From Octopus bimaculoides (taxonomy: Eukaryota), in contig NC_068983.1 in the NCBI RefSeq assembly GCF_001194135.2, forward strand, positions 75,297,150-75,361,149: a stretch of DNA of 64,000 bases, in the 5' to 3' direction. The position numbers and the translations under genes were made by a program. Of the stretch, positions 13,601-27,654 are shown one piece after another. The notes under the pieces are model-generated. The model ran no database searches. It was not told the DNA's origin and worked only from the letters and a program-made list of their open reading frames with translations. Every line of letters begins with the position of its first letter. Positions within the stretch are counted from its first letter, which is position 1.

Positions 13601-14749
13601 TTGTTAGCCAGACCAAAAAAAACCTACACAGGTTAATTAAGGAAGGAGGAAAAATAAAATATCGATAATAAGTCCTTAAATAAATAGATAAAATATACAG
13701 AAGTCAAATATCAGCCAGCCTGACTGACCTAACAATCAAACAACTCCTTCTGCATCACCACCATATGCCCCCAGCCCCCACTTTCTCCTAATATGGAGTG
13801 TCTACATGATTTCTTTCCATGTTCTTCAACTCCACTCATAATACATTCAGCAGAGTTGGGATTGAGGGTAAGTGTGAGAAGGTAGGAATTTAAATCCCTC
13901 TTTATCTTATAATATGTGTGTATGAGAAGTTGTGTGAGAGTGTGAGAGGTGGAGGAAGTAAACCTTTCAGAGAAAGAGAGAGAAAGAGAGACGGACTGAC
14001 AGACAGAATCCCCTTAGACTCCCAGCAAACAACAAAAAAGTAGGCTAATGGATTCCAATGTATACAAAAACCCTCACCTCACTTTCTCGGCTGCTGCTGC
14101 TGCTTCCACTACTGCTTTAAACCTTTATGACCAGCAATGGGAGGTGGGACATTGTTGTTGCTAAACCTGTATGTGGCCATTCAAATTGCTAGAAGTACCA
14201 GCCCAGCTTTTTTTTCTTATACACACATCCCTCAAGATTCATACATTCCATTTTTATCCCCACTAGTTCAGGATATGTGTAGAATGAAATAATAGTTCTG
14301 TGTGTACATACAATCCATCCACAAGATTCATCTGTTCAAATTCCCTACTCCTCAGACTTTCAAGATGTTTAAGGTGTGATATAGGACTGCCTATACCACA
14401 CATCTTACAAAGAAAAAAATAAGGGACAAAGTGAAAAACAGATCATCACAATCATTATCATTTAACATCCACTGTCCATGCTGATATGGGGTGGATGGTT
14501 TGACTAGAGCTGACAAGCTGGGGAGCTGTACCAGGTTCCAGTCTGATTTGGCTTGATTTCTACAGCTGGATGCCCTTCCTAAAATCAACCACTTTACAGT
14601 TTGCTGGGTGCTTTTATATGGCACATAGGTGTTTTTGCGTGGCACCACACAGGCACCTTTACATGGCACCACATATATAAAAATATGAAATACTTTATAA
14701 TTACTGCTATCCACAACTTTTTAAATGCCCCAAATGTGATTATCTTTTA

Positions 14750-15150
14750 GCATTTACTTGTTTCAGTCATTGGATTGCAGTCATGCTAGTGCACTGCTCT
14801 GAAGGGGGGTCAAACAAATTGATCCCAGTGCTTATCTTTTTTTTTAAGCCTATCAATCTCTTTTGCCAAACTGCTAAGTTACTGGGACATACAAGGGGGT
14901 GCTGAAAAGTTCCTAGCTTTAAGGATGTTTGTTGCAAAAGACCTGGTTGGAGGTCCAACCTTCTGAGTTCTATTACAGAGCTTAGAAAACTGAAGGACCG
15001 TTGCAATAAGTGTGTGAATCTGAGAGGGGAATATGTTGAATAAAATCATAATTAACTGATCATCCTGCATTTTCTTTTACTGAAAGCCAGGAACTTTTCA
15101 GCACCCCCTTGTAAACAAAAGGTGGTCAAGCAATGGTGGGCGTCAAACAC
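14750..15150 (-). mobile_element. SINE family A interrupted by a mariner MITE
   Basis: Family A sequence continues on both sides of 14892-15111. Confidence 0.75.
14892..15111 (+). mobile_element. Mariner-type internally deleted element
   Basis: Perfect TIRs CAAGGGGGTGCTGAAAAGTTCCT / AGGAACTTTTCAGCACCCCCTTG with a TA TSD. It retains the transposase end RCNKCVNLRGEYVE*, matching the mariner RW.KCV...G.YVE motif. Confidence 0.92.
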
Positions 15151-15472
15151 AAACATATACATACATATGTATCATCATCATCATTCTTGAACGTACCTTT
15201 TCCATGCTGGCATGCGTTGGGTGGTTTGACCAGTGCTGGCAAGTAGGAGAACTGCACCAGGTTCCAGTCTAATTTGGTCTAACATTAACCACTTTACAGT
15301 GTGTGCTGGGTGCTTTCAACGTGGGACCAGCACAAGCGCTTTCATGTGGTGCCAGTGCAAATGCTTTTTACATGGCACTGGCACAGTGTTCTTGCAGATC
15401 AATCCTCTTTATCAGAGTAGCATACATACATACATATATAAAAATATACATATATACTTATATATATAAATA

Positions 15473-15718
15473 CAGGGTTGGCCAAAAGTCACCCGACAGT
15501 AAAGCTAAATTCCATAAATACTTTATATTCAATTTTATGTATTCATTCCAATAATGAATGTTTAACAATTGAATGCTGTGAATTAAAAATCCCCGGGTTT
15601 TTTGGGGGGGGTTTTTTCCCAACATTTATCTATTTATTAGTGAAGTCTCATATAAAACAATTTTTTGTTTTAATCTTGAGATTAAATGGTTTTGTTAGGT
15701 GACTTTGGGCAAATCCTG
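15473..15718. mobile_element. Tc1/mariner-superfamily MITE
   Basis: TA-CAGGGTTGGCCAAAAGTCACC...GGTGACTTTGGGCAAATCCTG-TA. Confidence 0.85.
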
Positions 15719-16470
15719 TACAATGGTCTTTCTTTCAGTTTCCATCTACCAAATTCACTCATTAGACTTTAGTCAGCTAATTGCTACTTACAGTAGCAAT
15801 TCAGTCTTAATCAAGCAGACCTATGATCAACAATATTCCATTTGTGACCATCTTGGCTTTTTCTTGTTTTTCTTTTTCTCCATACATAATGTACTCCGAA
15901 TTACATTATCCAAGCAATTCTTTCTTTGTAAAGACACAATCTAGTATTTTTTTTTTAAGACATAAACCAGTTGTAAAAGCCATGCCAAAACAGACAGTGG
16001 AGCTCAGTGCAGCCTCCTTGCTGTTGAGCTTTTGTTAGCTTCTTAACCACTCAGCAACACCTAATCTTAATTTTTTTAACTGAAATATTTTGTAATCTCT
16101 GATGTAATTTAATTGAAGTTATTTATAAATTTGGACAACCTAGTTAGTAATAATGATAATATATTGGGGGAAGGAGGCAGTGAGGAGGGGGAGAAATACA
16201 CTATCTAGACAATGTGGCATGAAACCAGCAACTGAGCAATCAAAATATTGATTCTCATTAGAATTCCCACCAACACCAATACAGCCAACTTTTATCTATA
16301 TTAATGAACAAAAGGAATTTATTAATTCAGAAGTTTCCTAGGAGCAGGCATAGCCATATGGTTAAGAAGTCCATCTCTCAACTATGTGGTTTCAGGTTGT
16401 CTCTCTTATTGTATCCTGACCTGACCAATGCCTTGAATGAATTTGGCATGCGAAAACTGCACAAAGCCTC

Positions 16471-16542
<72 letters not shown>

Positions 16543-18014
16543 CGCACGCATATGCATACATGCACACCACATGCATACACACATGCACACTCATGTGTGA
16601 ATGTTTAAATTCTGCTCTTTCAAAGACACAAGGAAAAAGAAATCCCTTACATGACAAACAGGTAAGGGTTAGAGACAGGAAGTGCATCCAACTGTAAAGC
16701 TTTGCCTTAATAATACATTATATATCTATTCCATTCTAGCATGAGAAAACAGATGTAAAAAAATTAAAATTTGCTAATGTGTAGTAAGTTTTATGGATAT
16801 GTAGTAAATCTATTATCTAAATAAAGTTTACCACTATGTAAAGTAAAGGAAAATAATAATGTCTGCTTTTATTGATGTTAGATAAAAATATAACTACCTG
16901 GTTATCATCAACATTTAACGCCCATTTTCCAAATTGGCATGCGTTGGATAGCTTGACAAAACCTAGCAAGACCAGAGGCCACATCAGGTTCCCAAGGTTT
17001 GTTTTGGCTTGGTTTGCATGTGTATATGTCCTTGCTAATGCCAACCACTTCACAGAGTGTACTGGGTGCTTTTTATGTGGCACCATCACCAGTGCTTTTT
17101 ATGTGGCACCATCACCAGTGCTTTTTATGTGGCACTTTGGTTTTAGGATTTCAATTCTATGACGAAGTACTGTAAATCTAGGAAGAATGGTGTAAAGTTC
17201 AAAAGACATAATCCTGTTCAAATACACTGCTTTTATTTCTATCAATTTTGGAAATGATGAAGAATTTAGTAAAATAATTTTGTCACTATGAAGCCAGTGT
17301 CTGGAACATAAATTAGCTGAAATTTTGATGGACGGTTTTAATTTAGATCATGTTAAAAACCACAAGTTTCTATGATAGAACCAAGGACAGTCTCAGGCAG
17401 GTTGGTATCAAAAGAGTTAAAGGCTATCATGACAAAGAGTAAAAGAATGAACAACCAAAAAGAGTAGTTGACAGATTAAAAAGTAAGTTGGGTTTCAGAT
17501 AGAACAGATTAGCAAAAGTTGTAAATAGAGGGAAGGAACACTGGCAAAAGAAACAATGAGAACCTCTCTTGAGGATTGTTTGATCTGCCAGAAATAGCAG
17601 CAAAATCTCCCTCAAATCACCAACCATTGTCTTAAAGTCCATTTCTCAAGTATGTGGATTCAAGTACAGTCCCTTTTACTGTAATCCCAACTGACCATTG
17701 CCACAAGTGAATTTGGTAGATGGAAACTGTATAAAGCCTCTGAGTGTAAGAGAGAAAGAGTTTGTGTGTTGTGCATGTACGTACATGTATGAACACTTAC
17801 ATTCTACACTATCAAAGACAGGAAAGGAGTTTTATGAGATAATGTAAATTCCACTCTAAAAAGACAAGACTGTCATGGCTGGCATGCCTTTCATCATGTC
17901 TGCTCTATTGTGACCCTGCCCATACCTGGTTTTATAATCAAAAGCAATCGTCATTTTTGTATAATCATAGAATATGTGTAGACTACCCAATAAATTTTTC
18001 CATCATTATTACCT

Positions 18015-18395
18015 TTTATTTTGTTTCGGTCATTAGACTGCGGCCATGCTGGAGCACATCCATGAAGAATTTTTAGTCAAATCAATCCCAGTACTTAACA
18101 TTTTTTTAAAACCTGGTGTTTATTCTATCATTCTCTTATTGCCGAACTGCTAAGTTATGGGGATGTAAGCACGCCAACACTGGTTCCCAAACCGGTGGGT
18201 GGTAGGGAACCAACACAGGCACAAAGGGACACACACATATGACTAGCTTCTTTAAGCTCCTGTCTACCAAATTTATTCACAAGGCTTTGGTCGGCCCAAG
18301 GTTATAGTAGAAAACACTTGCTCAAGGTACCATGCAGTGGAACTGAATCCTGAACCAGGTAGTTGTGAAACAAACTTACCACACAGCCATACCTG
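18015..18395 (-). mobile_element. SINE family A
   Basis: Full tail-to-head similarity to the other family A copies. Confidence 0.8.
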
Positions 18396-19087
18396 CATTT
18401 TTTCCCCCTTTTTTGGACAGTAGGATGTGATTTGAGAGAGATTTGACAGCTAATTCTAACAGGTCAAGCAAACACCACACGCAGCAGTTCTCAAACAGTG
18501 CATCAACAGCAGCAGACTGGTGCACTTTAAGATGTAGCTACTGAGAAAATACTAAAATATATATTTTAAGAAAAATGTAAATAATACAGAAATTGTAAAT
18601 AAAAAAAAAACCTTACAACTAAGCTCTATCTATTGAACAAAAGACGTAAGAACTTAATTTTCTGTAATTTAATTTATATTTATAGACTAAAAATATATAA
18701 ATACATTTTTGGCTCTAAAATATGCTGCAAGCAAAAAAAAAAAAGTTTAGGAGCAACTCACATAAAGGCTTGTGTTGTCGCATTCTATTTTGGCAACAAA
18801 GTTTTTTTTTTTGCTTTGTATGAAAGGCAGATTGTATGAAGCATGTGTAAATATGATGCAGCTAAGTAACAAGCAATTTACAGCACTGAGTGTAGAAAAT
18901 CAATAGAAGTTAGAATGAAATAAGTGATGCATGCATCATCCATTGGATGTGAAACAGTATTAACTTGCATAAAAAAAAGAAAAGGCACCGTAAAAGGTAA
19001 GTAAAGGGAACAGTTGGTCATTAAAAGACTGCGAGGTTATGAAAAAAAGTGTGGTGAGCATTATCAGTTGTTGTTGGTTAGCCCTAT

Positions 19088-19846
19088 TTAACCCTTTAGC
19101 TTTTAACCCTTTCGATACCAACCCGGCTGAAACCGCCTCTGGCTCTGTAGTACAAATGCTTTGTTTTCATAAGTTTTGAATTAAAATTTTCCACCAAACT
19201 TTAGTCACAATTTATGTTCCTAATACTAGCTTAATGATAACTAAGTTATTTTACTAAATTCTTTGTTATATTTGAAGTAATTGAAAGAAACAGAGAGCAT
19301 CTCAAAATAAATACGTTAATGAAAGGGTTAAACCAAGCATACTCGGCCAAAATATTCTACCTGTTTTATGTTCAAACTGGCCAGATCCAGCCTCTCACAC
19401 CTACCCTACAATATTAGCCCTAAAATAAATATTCACATAATCAAAATCTCAACACTACAAGATAATGCAGGATAAATTCAAAGCAATATGAATAAACAAG
19501 GTCTTATGGAGGTAGTGACCGGTGACCAAGACCTTCAGTGATATACCGTGCTTGTGTAGACCTGTCAAGCCAAGTGAGACCATAGTTGTGGCCGATGCCG
19601 GTGTCAGGTCAATGGCACCCAAGCCGGTGGCACATAAAAAAACACCCACTACACTCTCGGAGTGGTTGGCATTAGGAAGGGCATCCAGCTGTAGAAACCT
19701 TTCCAAATCAGATCGGAACCCGGTGCAGCTCCCCGGCTTACCAGTTTTCAGTCAAATTGTCCAACCCAAGCCAGCATGGAAAGCAGACGTTAAATGATGA
19801 TGATGATGATTCATTTGACAGAACAATCTGAATGCTAACGGGTTAG
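19088..19846. mobile_element. piggyBac-like MITE (TTAACCCTTTAGC family) carrying a second TTAA MITE (19107-19327) and an RTE 3' fragment (about 19500-19810)
   Basis: Outer TTAACCCTTTAGC...GCTAACGGGTTA; inner TTAA-CCCTTTC...GAAAGGG-TTAA; the RTE fragment ends in (GAT)n. Confidence 0.8.
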
Positions 19847-20188
19847 AGTGTGATTAAGTAAATCACAGATGCTTGTACTCTTAAACACAGGTTGAATCGG
19901 TGTGACACTATGTGTGACTAAGGTGATCTTTGACAAGTTCCCACACAGTATCTGTTCACTCATAAGCATTAGGTCATTGCCAAGACACCTTTCCCAAGTC
20001 TGTCTTGAATGGGATGAACTTTTGATAGAAAGCATCCCAGCAGTGAACATACCATGAAATGGACATGCGTATATGAAATGGACATGCGTATATGAAATGG
20101 ACATGTGTGTAAGAAAGAGAATGAGTGAAGGTGTGTGTTGTGATGTATGAATTTTTTTGCATGTATGTGTATGTGGCATTCACTCGTG

Positions 20189-20219
<31 letters not shown>

Positions 20220-20241
20220 TATCTTTCATATACATGTACAT

Positions 20242-20326
20242 AGCGGAAGTAAAGAATACACACACCACCCGTTTTCGGTGTAACTCTAACCCTAAACACT
20301 GGGAGTGTGTATTCTTTACCTTCGCC
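20242..20326. mobile_element. About 85-bp hairpin MITE (MULE-like), copy 1
   Basis: TIR GTAAAGAATACACAC / GTGTGTATTCTTTAC; homologous to 50953-51036 in opposite orientation. Confidence 0.7.
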
Positions 20327-22689
20327 CATAAATACATATGCCTACATCTTTTTTGTTTGTGACTGTTTTTCCTCATAACATACAGAAAAATGTCTTTTAA
20401 TGCAATTTTTTTGGTTGTGGCTTATTTTATTATAATATTTGTATGTACATTTTCATAAATGCTTGTCTGAGTAGAATTCTACACATGTGTGAAACATTGG
20501 ATGAAAGTGAAACATTGGAAACAAATCGAAATACTTTCTGAATATGACCTGAAAACTGTGCGACCTAACCTAGTTGCCAAGGTTAGTTTAGTTGTAAAAA
20601 ATTGTTGAATCAAGAACATAGTTTATTTGGTAGATAGATTATAAGCAGCTTTCTTTATTTATAATAATACAGAGGTGATTAATTTGGAGAAATATTACTT
20701 TCATTATTCACACATCATCACTCTCATAATGCAACACTTAGTAATTTTGGTTTAAATTCAAAGTGTGAAACTATTTTTATTTTCTAATGAAACTTGGTCG
20801 TTGTAGAGAAGTGTATTTGAAATAACTATAGCTAGTTGTTGAGATAACATAGAAATATGTAAATGAAAGTAAAGTTTATTTGACATTTGTAATTGATTTG
20901 ATTGTTCTGGTCTTAAAATCAGTTGGTAAGAATAGAAGTCATTTGACAACAACTTTTTGTTTGTAATTGGCTATCCTGTTGCAGGAAAGTCACTAATTTA
21001 GCAAAAGTTACTGTGCATCACCAATGTAACAGAGAACAGAAAGTCAACATTTATTTAGAACACGAATTAAATGTTATAAAATTCATGATTGAATATCACA
21101 GTGAAGAAAGTGAAAGTCCAAGAAAATCAGAAGGAATAATTCAATTTTTCATACAAAAATAATTTATTTTACAATTTTGAAATGAACACTGAACCAAATG
21201 TATAGAAAGGAAGATGCTGCTGTTGTAACGTTAATTTAAGATATTTGCTGAACGTTGTAATGTTAATTTAAGATATTTGCTGAAGATTTAATAGCAAAAT
21301 TAAATCTTGCTATTAATTTATAGCAAGATATAAATTAATTTGACATTACTGCATATTTTTCAACTGTTTAACGTTATAGGCTGTAGAATAAATACTGACT
21401 AACGTAGTAAAAAGGTTGTGAGATGCTGATACTCATAGTGATAAAGCTTGGGAGGACTGTTAAAAATTATCTTGAAACTGGTTAGGAGTGGAATAACATT
21501 TCTGTAATTATATTGAAAAAGCCGTTGAGGCTTTCTACTTCGCCAAGTTTCCAAATTTGTTATAATAACCAGAATAACATTTTTTTTCAGATATATTTGC
21601 AAGTATTGTGATAAATCAGCCAAAATCTTCATGTTGGTAGTACTTCAAAGTGAACTCTGTTGTTCCTTTAAAAATCCAGGTCACAACTAAACTTTCAATA
21701 TGGGCACGTTTCATTGTTGGGCAGGAGAAAGTTACATAAACTAAGACACACACAAACAAACGTACATTAACGCACACCTGAAGCCTATTTCTGTCCCTAT
21801 GTGTGTCAGTCATCATAAAAATGTATGTATACTGACAGACACATACACTTGTCACACAGATATACTTGTCAACCATCGGCCTAATGTAGGTAACAAACGA
21901 GCAAACACACTCATACAGAAAATGTGTTGTCATTGTTGTTGTAGTGGTGATATAAAATATCGTTTAGGATAGGTGACTAAAAGAAAAAAGATAATGTTAA
22001 ATTTTTATGATGCAAATATGTGAATGAAAATATAGTTTAGTTGGTAACCAAAAGCCTACTGAATCATTTGATAGCCCATATGTCAAAATTGGCTACTTGG
22101 TTTTGGAATGCATAAGGAACACACACACACACACACACACACAAACTATCTTTTATATATATAAGATATATGTGTGTGTGTCTGTGTGGTCTTTGTGTCT
22201 GTGTTTGTCCCCACCACCACTTGACAACTGTTACTGGTGTGTTTACGTACCCCTAACTTAGCAGTTCAGCAAAAGAACTGATAGACTAAGTACCAGAATT
22301 TTTTTTTAAATAAGTACTGAGGTCAATTTGTTCAATTAAAATGACTCAAGGTGTTGCTCCAGCATGGCCTTAGTCTAATAAGTGAAATAAGCAAAAGATA
22401 AAAGATACACATACAATAGCAAAGACACACATCTTAAATCATATATCATACAGAACACATACACAAACATCTTATACATACGCCTAAACATCCTATCCCA
22501 CACGTGTACATACACACACATACACACATCCTTACAGCACACACACACATCCTTACAGAATACCCACCAACCTACCACAGTTGCCACAAGCTATAATAAT
22601 CACATACAACTACTCTAATCTGTAAGCCATTTGACAAAATAAATATCTCAAGAGTCAGCTAATCCTAATCTGGAGTATTAACAGTTACT

Positions 22690-22920
22690 CACCTATCATC
22701 ATCATCATCACATCCATAATCACCATCACGAGCCCTGCACTTCATCACGATAATCGCCACTACCATCACCATCATCAGCATGATAACACAACATCATCAC
22801 CATCATCGCATTCATCATCATCATCATCACCATTATCACATTCATCATCATCATCATCATCATCATCTTCATCCTAAGCATCGTCTCATTACAAACATCA
22901 TAGTCGTTATTATAATCTTC
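22690..22920 (+). repeat. Degenerate (CAT/CAC)n microsatellite
   Basis: Imperfect trinucleotide run; no clean through-going ORF on the minus strand. Confidence 0.8.
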
Positions 22921-24184
22921 AATTCATCTCTGTCAGCTGTAAGCTAGTCACAATAATAATGCTAAACAAATCTCATATTTCAAGGTTATTGTCGCAGAAA
23001 CCAAAATTGTAAAAAAAAAAAGAGAGAAAAGTCATACCACTTCTCAGAGATACTACCAATACAAACAAGCTTATGGCAGTACCTCCAAATAAGACACTCC
23101 ACTTGCTAGAAATAGCAGCCAACTCTCCAAGAATATGCTAATGAAGGCTAGAATCCCACTTCATGACATCTTGAACGAATGGCTTCCAGCAAGGTTGACC
23201 TGGTGTTAAACAATTACTACAACAACAATACACAGTTCTACATGATCACTCAGTTTGCAAGAAATAGTAACCAAATCTCCCTTAAATGATGACTCACCAT
23301 CTTGAAAATAATGAAGGACACATTGGGTAATGGTAGCCTTGGGCTGAAAATAGGATCCAATGGCCAAGGCTGGAATGCTCTTGCTTGTAGGTCTGCATGA
23401 TCAAAGGTCAGTTGGAACTAAACAACTATCAAAAAAAGAGATTATGTATGGCTGATGAAGCCTAATAAGACTAAAACATAGCTGTAGCATCTTGCCTGCT
23501 AACAAAGATGGGATTTCGCCACCAAGCTTAAAAATTCAAACTTCTGTAAAATTAATTCTTGATATCCCGACATTATCTCCCCTCCCCCCATTTTTTTTTT
23601 TTTTTTAGTTATCAATAACTGAAACAAGAAAAAATAAAAGAAGGTTATACAGTTTTTGCCAACCAAATTGATTCACTCACAAGGAATTGGTTAATCTGAG
23701 GCTATAGTAGAAGATACTTGCCCAAGATGAAGTTGTGTAGTGGGACTGAACCTGAAACTGCATGGTTTTCAGAGTGAGCTTCTTACCTGCACAAAGAATT
23801 TTGGAATTTTCATGGCTAAAAACATCTCTTATAGTATGTCTGCTCAGTCAGGGTTGACTCAGGGTTAAACAAGAATGAGCAAAGCTAAGCTCTGTGACCA
23901 ATAAATTACTGTCCCTTATTATTTATGAGACACTTTTGTTTCAGCATTTATGAGGCACTTTTCCATCTATAATACTGGGTCCTTGACACACATTTCATGT
24001 CATGAAACAAAGTATCGAGTATCGACCCATTGACCTATTAAAGGCTGACAGACATTTTGAAATTTTATACAATATATCGAGCTTAAGCGTTCAATGACAT
24101 TTGATACTATAAGCAGAAAAGAAGTTAATTACAAGATCAATCCCGGCCTGGATATAGTTATCAAAATTGTGTTTGTGTGTGTGT

Positions 24185-24558
24185 TGGCACTCCGTCACTT
24201 ACGACATCGAGGGTTCCAGTTGATTCAATCAACGGAACAGCCTGCTCATGAAATTAACGTGCAAGTGGCTGAGTACTCCACAGACACGTGTACCCTTAAC
24301 GTAATTCTTGGGGATATTCAGCGTGACACAGTGTGACAAGGCTGACCCTTTGAATTACAGGTACAACAGAAACAGAAAGTAAGAGTGAGAGAAAGTTATG
24401 GTAGAAGAGTACAGCAGGGTTCGCCACCATCCCCTGCTGGAGCCTCGTGGAGCTTTAGGTGTTTTCGCTCAATAAACACTCACAACGCCTGGTCTGGGAA
24501 TCGAAACCGCGATCCTATGACCACGAGTCCGCTGCCCTAACCACTGGGCCATTGCATC
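24185..24558 (-). mobile_element. tRNA-derived SINE (family C), near full length
   Basis: Minus-strand head ATGGCCCAGTGGTTAGGGCAGCGGACTC...GGTTTCGATTCCC carries A/B boxes; a head fragment also lies at 35478-35585. Confidence 0.85.
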
Positions 24559-25583
24559 TCCACAGTTATCAACATTACACAACTAATATTAATTTGACAA
24601 GCAATATTGTTGTCACTGTTATTAGTGTGTATCCACAACTCAGTCTTTCTGAGATTAGGACCAAAGGTGTTCCAGCTGTACCAGCCAGGCACTGCCTATT
24701 ACAGCCTCAATCATCTTAGTTCTCACTTTCACGCTTTAACTGCGAAATTAAATTTCATGGTTATTCTAGTAATGATGTTATTATTTAGATTTACAAAAGA
24801 ATAGAATTGGTATTTTCTGCAAGTCATGTTTCCTCAATAAATTTGACATATCTCAACTGACAAAATAGTTTCAAACATGACATTTCTCAACAAAAGACAG
24901 ATTAGCATATAAAACTGCTTCACTCAGTCACAGGTAACGAAAGACAGTATGAGGAGTAGGTAGTTTCTCTCAGAAAATTTATAAAATACTGCTTGAGAAA
25001 ATTATTTTGACCACAAAGCAGCAGTGGGGAATGCTCAAATTGTGTATGCTAACATTGTTGTTGCTGTTTACCTCAAGTTAGCATTTACTAGACACCTAAT
25101 CAAAATCATTCAATTTCTGACTAGTTTAGTTTTTGGTCATGTATAGTGCATCAAAGACTATATTATGTAATGTGCCATTTTTTTTTTTCTTTTTCAAGAG
25201 TGAAACTTAACCCTTTAGCATTCAGATTACCAATAAAATGTAATGCTTATTTATTTTATCTTGTAGCTTAAAGATTTCAATGGTGAAATTGTTTTGTTTT
25301 TAGAATGATACTATAAGATAGGTGTGAGAGGCCAGGTTTGGTCAGCTTGAACATAAAACAAGTACAATATTTGGGGCAGATATGCCAGTTTAAATGCTAA
25401 TTGATTAAAGGAGATTTGCTGCTATTTTTAGCGGTTTGAATAACCATGTAGAGGATTCATTAACTTGTGTATTCTAATGCAACCAATGCCAGAACAGAAA
25501 AAGCAGGTGTAAACATGACAATGATAATAATAGTATATATAAACATATATTGGTTAGTAAACTGAAACTTGAAAGTTACTCAC

Positions 25584-25618
25584 TATCAACCTTCACCATA
25601 TAAAAATTGATATGCCAG
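25584..25618 (-). CDS. Candidate 35-nt micro-exon (WHINFYMVKVD)
   Basis: Acceptor CTTTTTTTGTAG and donor GTGAGTAA; only one frame reads through. Confidence 0.35.
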
Positions 25619-26179
25619 CTACAAAAAAAGTGCTGAGGGATCCTGTTTTTTTTTTTTTCCTTTTTGGTTCTTAAAGTGGAGGAGCTACAGTTGAATGCCT
25701 TGCCTAAATTACATACCAATCAAATCAGAAACTATGTAGAAGATAGAGAAATAATAGTTTACCAAGCTGTTACAAGCAGTAGTTATAAGCCTTGTCCAAG
25801 TATGCAACACAACAGCTTTTGTAGTATATTTTGGACTATATATATACTACATAGTTAGCAGTTCTCCACCTTAAACTTACATATAATCACTACATATCAA
25901 TACAACTCTCTCTCTCTCTCTCACCACGTGTCACTTGGCAAGATTATAGACACACATTATAGAGAAAAGCAAGCAAATATGAAAACATGCAGTTACACCC
26001 GGTTCCACCGACTAAACACACATACACACACACACAATTATTTGTAAAATGTGCGTGTGTTCTTTTTACAATGTAAGTACAAATGAGTACATGCTAATCC
26101 TTACATAAGTTAGGATTAGTATTTCCTGTCATCAAAGGATTCACAAATGAAAAAGACGGGTATCATCGATAATGAATTG

Positions 26180-26555
26180 GGTACTTTTTGGTTATGTCAC
26201 TCCCATTAAAAAATTACCATTAAAAAATTGGGTTACCTCCCCATTAAAAAATCGAGTTTGTGGAGACAAGAGATTTGATGAAAAGGATTAGATCCTTTTG
26301 ATTCAATACTTCAACACATTGTTGATGTTTGGCCCCCTCAGTAGGCATGATATGATTTGTTACAAAAATATTATCAGATTCAATAAGATGATTAATTTTT
26401 TTCAGTTTTCATGTTGATTTTTTTTTCTTTTTTTTTTTTGTTTTATTGAGGGTCAAACAATTTTTTTTTGATGGGGGAGATAGCCAAAAGTACCAATATT
26501 TTTCATAAAACGGTAACCCAATTTTTTAATGGGGATGAGATAACCAAAAAGTATC
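26180..26555. mobile_element. MITE with about 45-bp TIRs and internal subrepeats
   Basis: TACTTTTTGGTTAT...CCCATTAAAAAATTGGGTTACC mirrored by GGTAACCCAATTTTTTAATGGGG...ATAACCAAAAAGTA. Confidence 0.75.
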
Positions 26556-26654
26556 ATGGATTGAACACTATGCATACTCATCATTGAAACCAATAGATGA
26601 TCCACTTTCTATGTCTACCTGTCAGTTTACCTGCATATTGCTGCAATCTGCATT

Positions 26655-26866
26655 TACTCTTTTACTCTTTACTCTTTTACTTGTTTCAGTCATTTGACTG
26701 TGGTTATACTGGAGCACTATCTTTAGTCGAGCAAATCAACCCCAGGACTTATTCTTTGTAAGCCTAGTACTTATTCTATCGGTCTCTTTTGCCGAACCGC
26801 TAAGTTACGGGGACGTAAACACACCAGCATTGGTTGTCAAGCGATGTTGGGGGGGAGGGGAACACA

Positions 26867-26926
<60 letters not shown>

Positions 26927-27072
26927 CGACGGGCTTCTTTCAGTTTCCGTCTACCAAATCCACTCACAAGGCTTTGGTCGGTCCGAGGCTATAGTAGAAG
27001 ACACTTGCCCAAAGTGCCTTGCAGTGGGAGTGAACCCGGAACCATGTGGTTCGTAAGCAAGCTACTTACCAC
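26655..27072 (-). mobile_element. SINE family A, young (CpG retained), (CTTTTA)n tail
   Basis: Complete head to tail; internal (CA)(TA) tract. Confidence 0.9.
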
Positions 27073-27654
27073 TATTGGATTTTTTTTTTTTTTTTTGCAG
27101 TAGGTTTATCAAAACCTGCTACCACAAACCCAACCAATTGACTTTTCACATCAAAGTCAATACTACACAGCCTTAATACCAGCTCACCACTTCACTCAAG
27201 AGATGTGTTCCTACATGCAAACATACACACTTTCTACTTTATTCTTTAACTGGTTTCAGTTATCGAACCACAGCTGTGCTGGGGTACACTACCTTGACAG
27301 ATTTATATTTGAAAATATCCATCCTAGTAATTATCTCAGTCTGGACTTATTTTATTAACCCATATTTTAACAAGTGGTTAGATTACGTTTTTAACACATT
27401 AATATTTTTTGTTCCGTTTTTTTTTTTTTTTTTTTTTAGCTTGCAGTGTTGTCGAACATATGAACACTAACACACAAACACATCATCATCACCACCATCA
27501 CCACCACCACCACCACCACCATCATCACCATCATCATCATCCATCCGTTTTCCATCAGGCAGAAGACTGCGCCAGGCTTCATTGTCTGTTTTAGCATGGT
27601 TTTTACAGCCAAATGCCCTTCCTAATACCAACCACCTTACAGACTATATATTGG

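Noticed and set aside
22690-22950. His-rich or Asp-rich exon with a perfect GTGAGTAA donor
   Set aside because: The degenerate (CAT)n tract has stops in the minus-strand frames between the acceptor and the donor.
27409-27594. Poly-His ORF
   Set aside because: (CAT/CAC)n tail of an RTE-related repeat.
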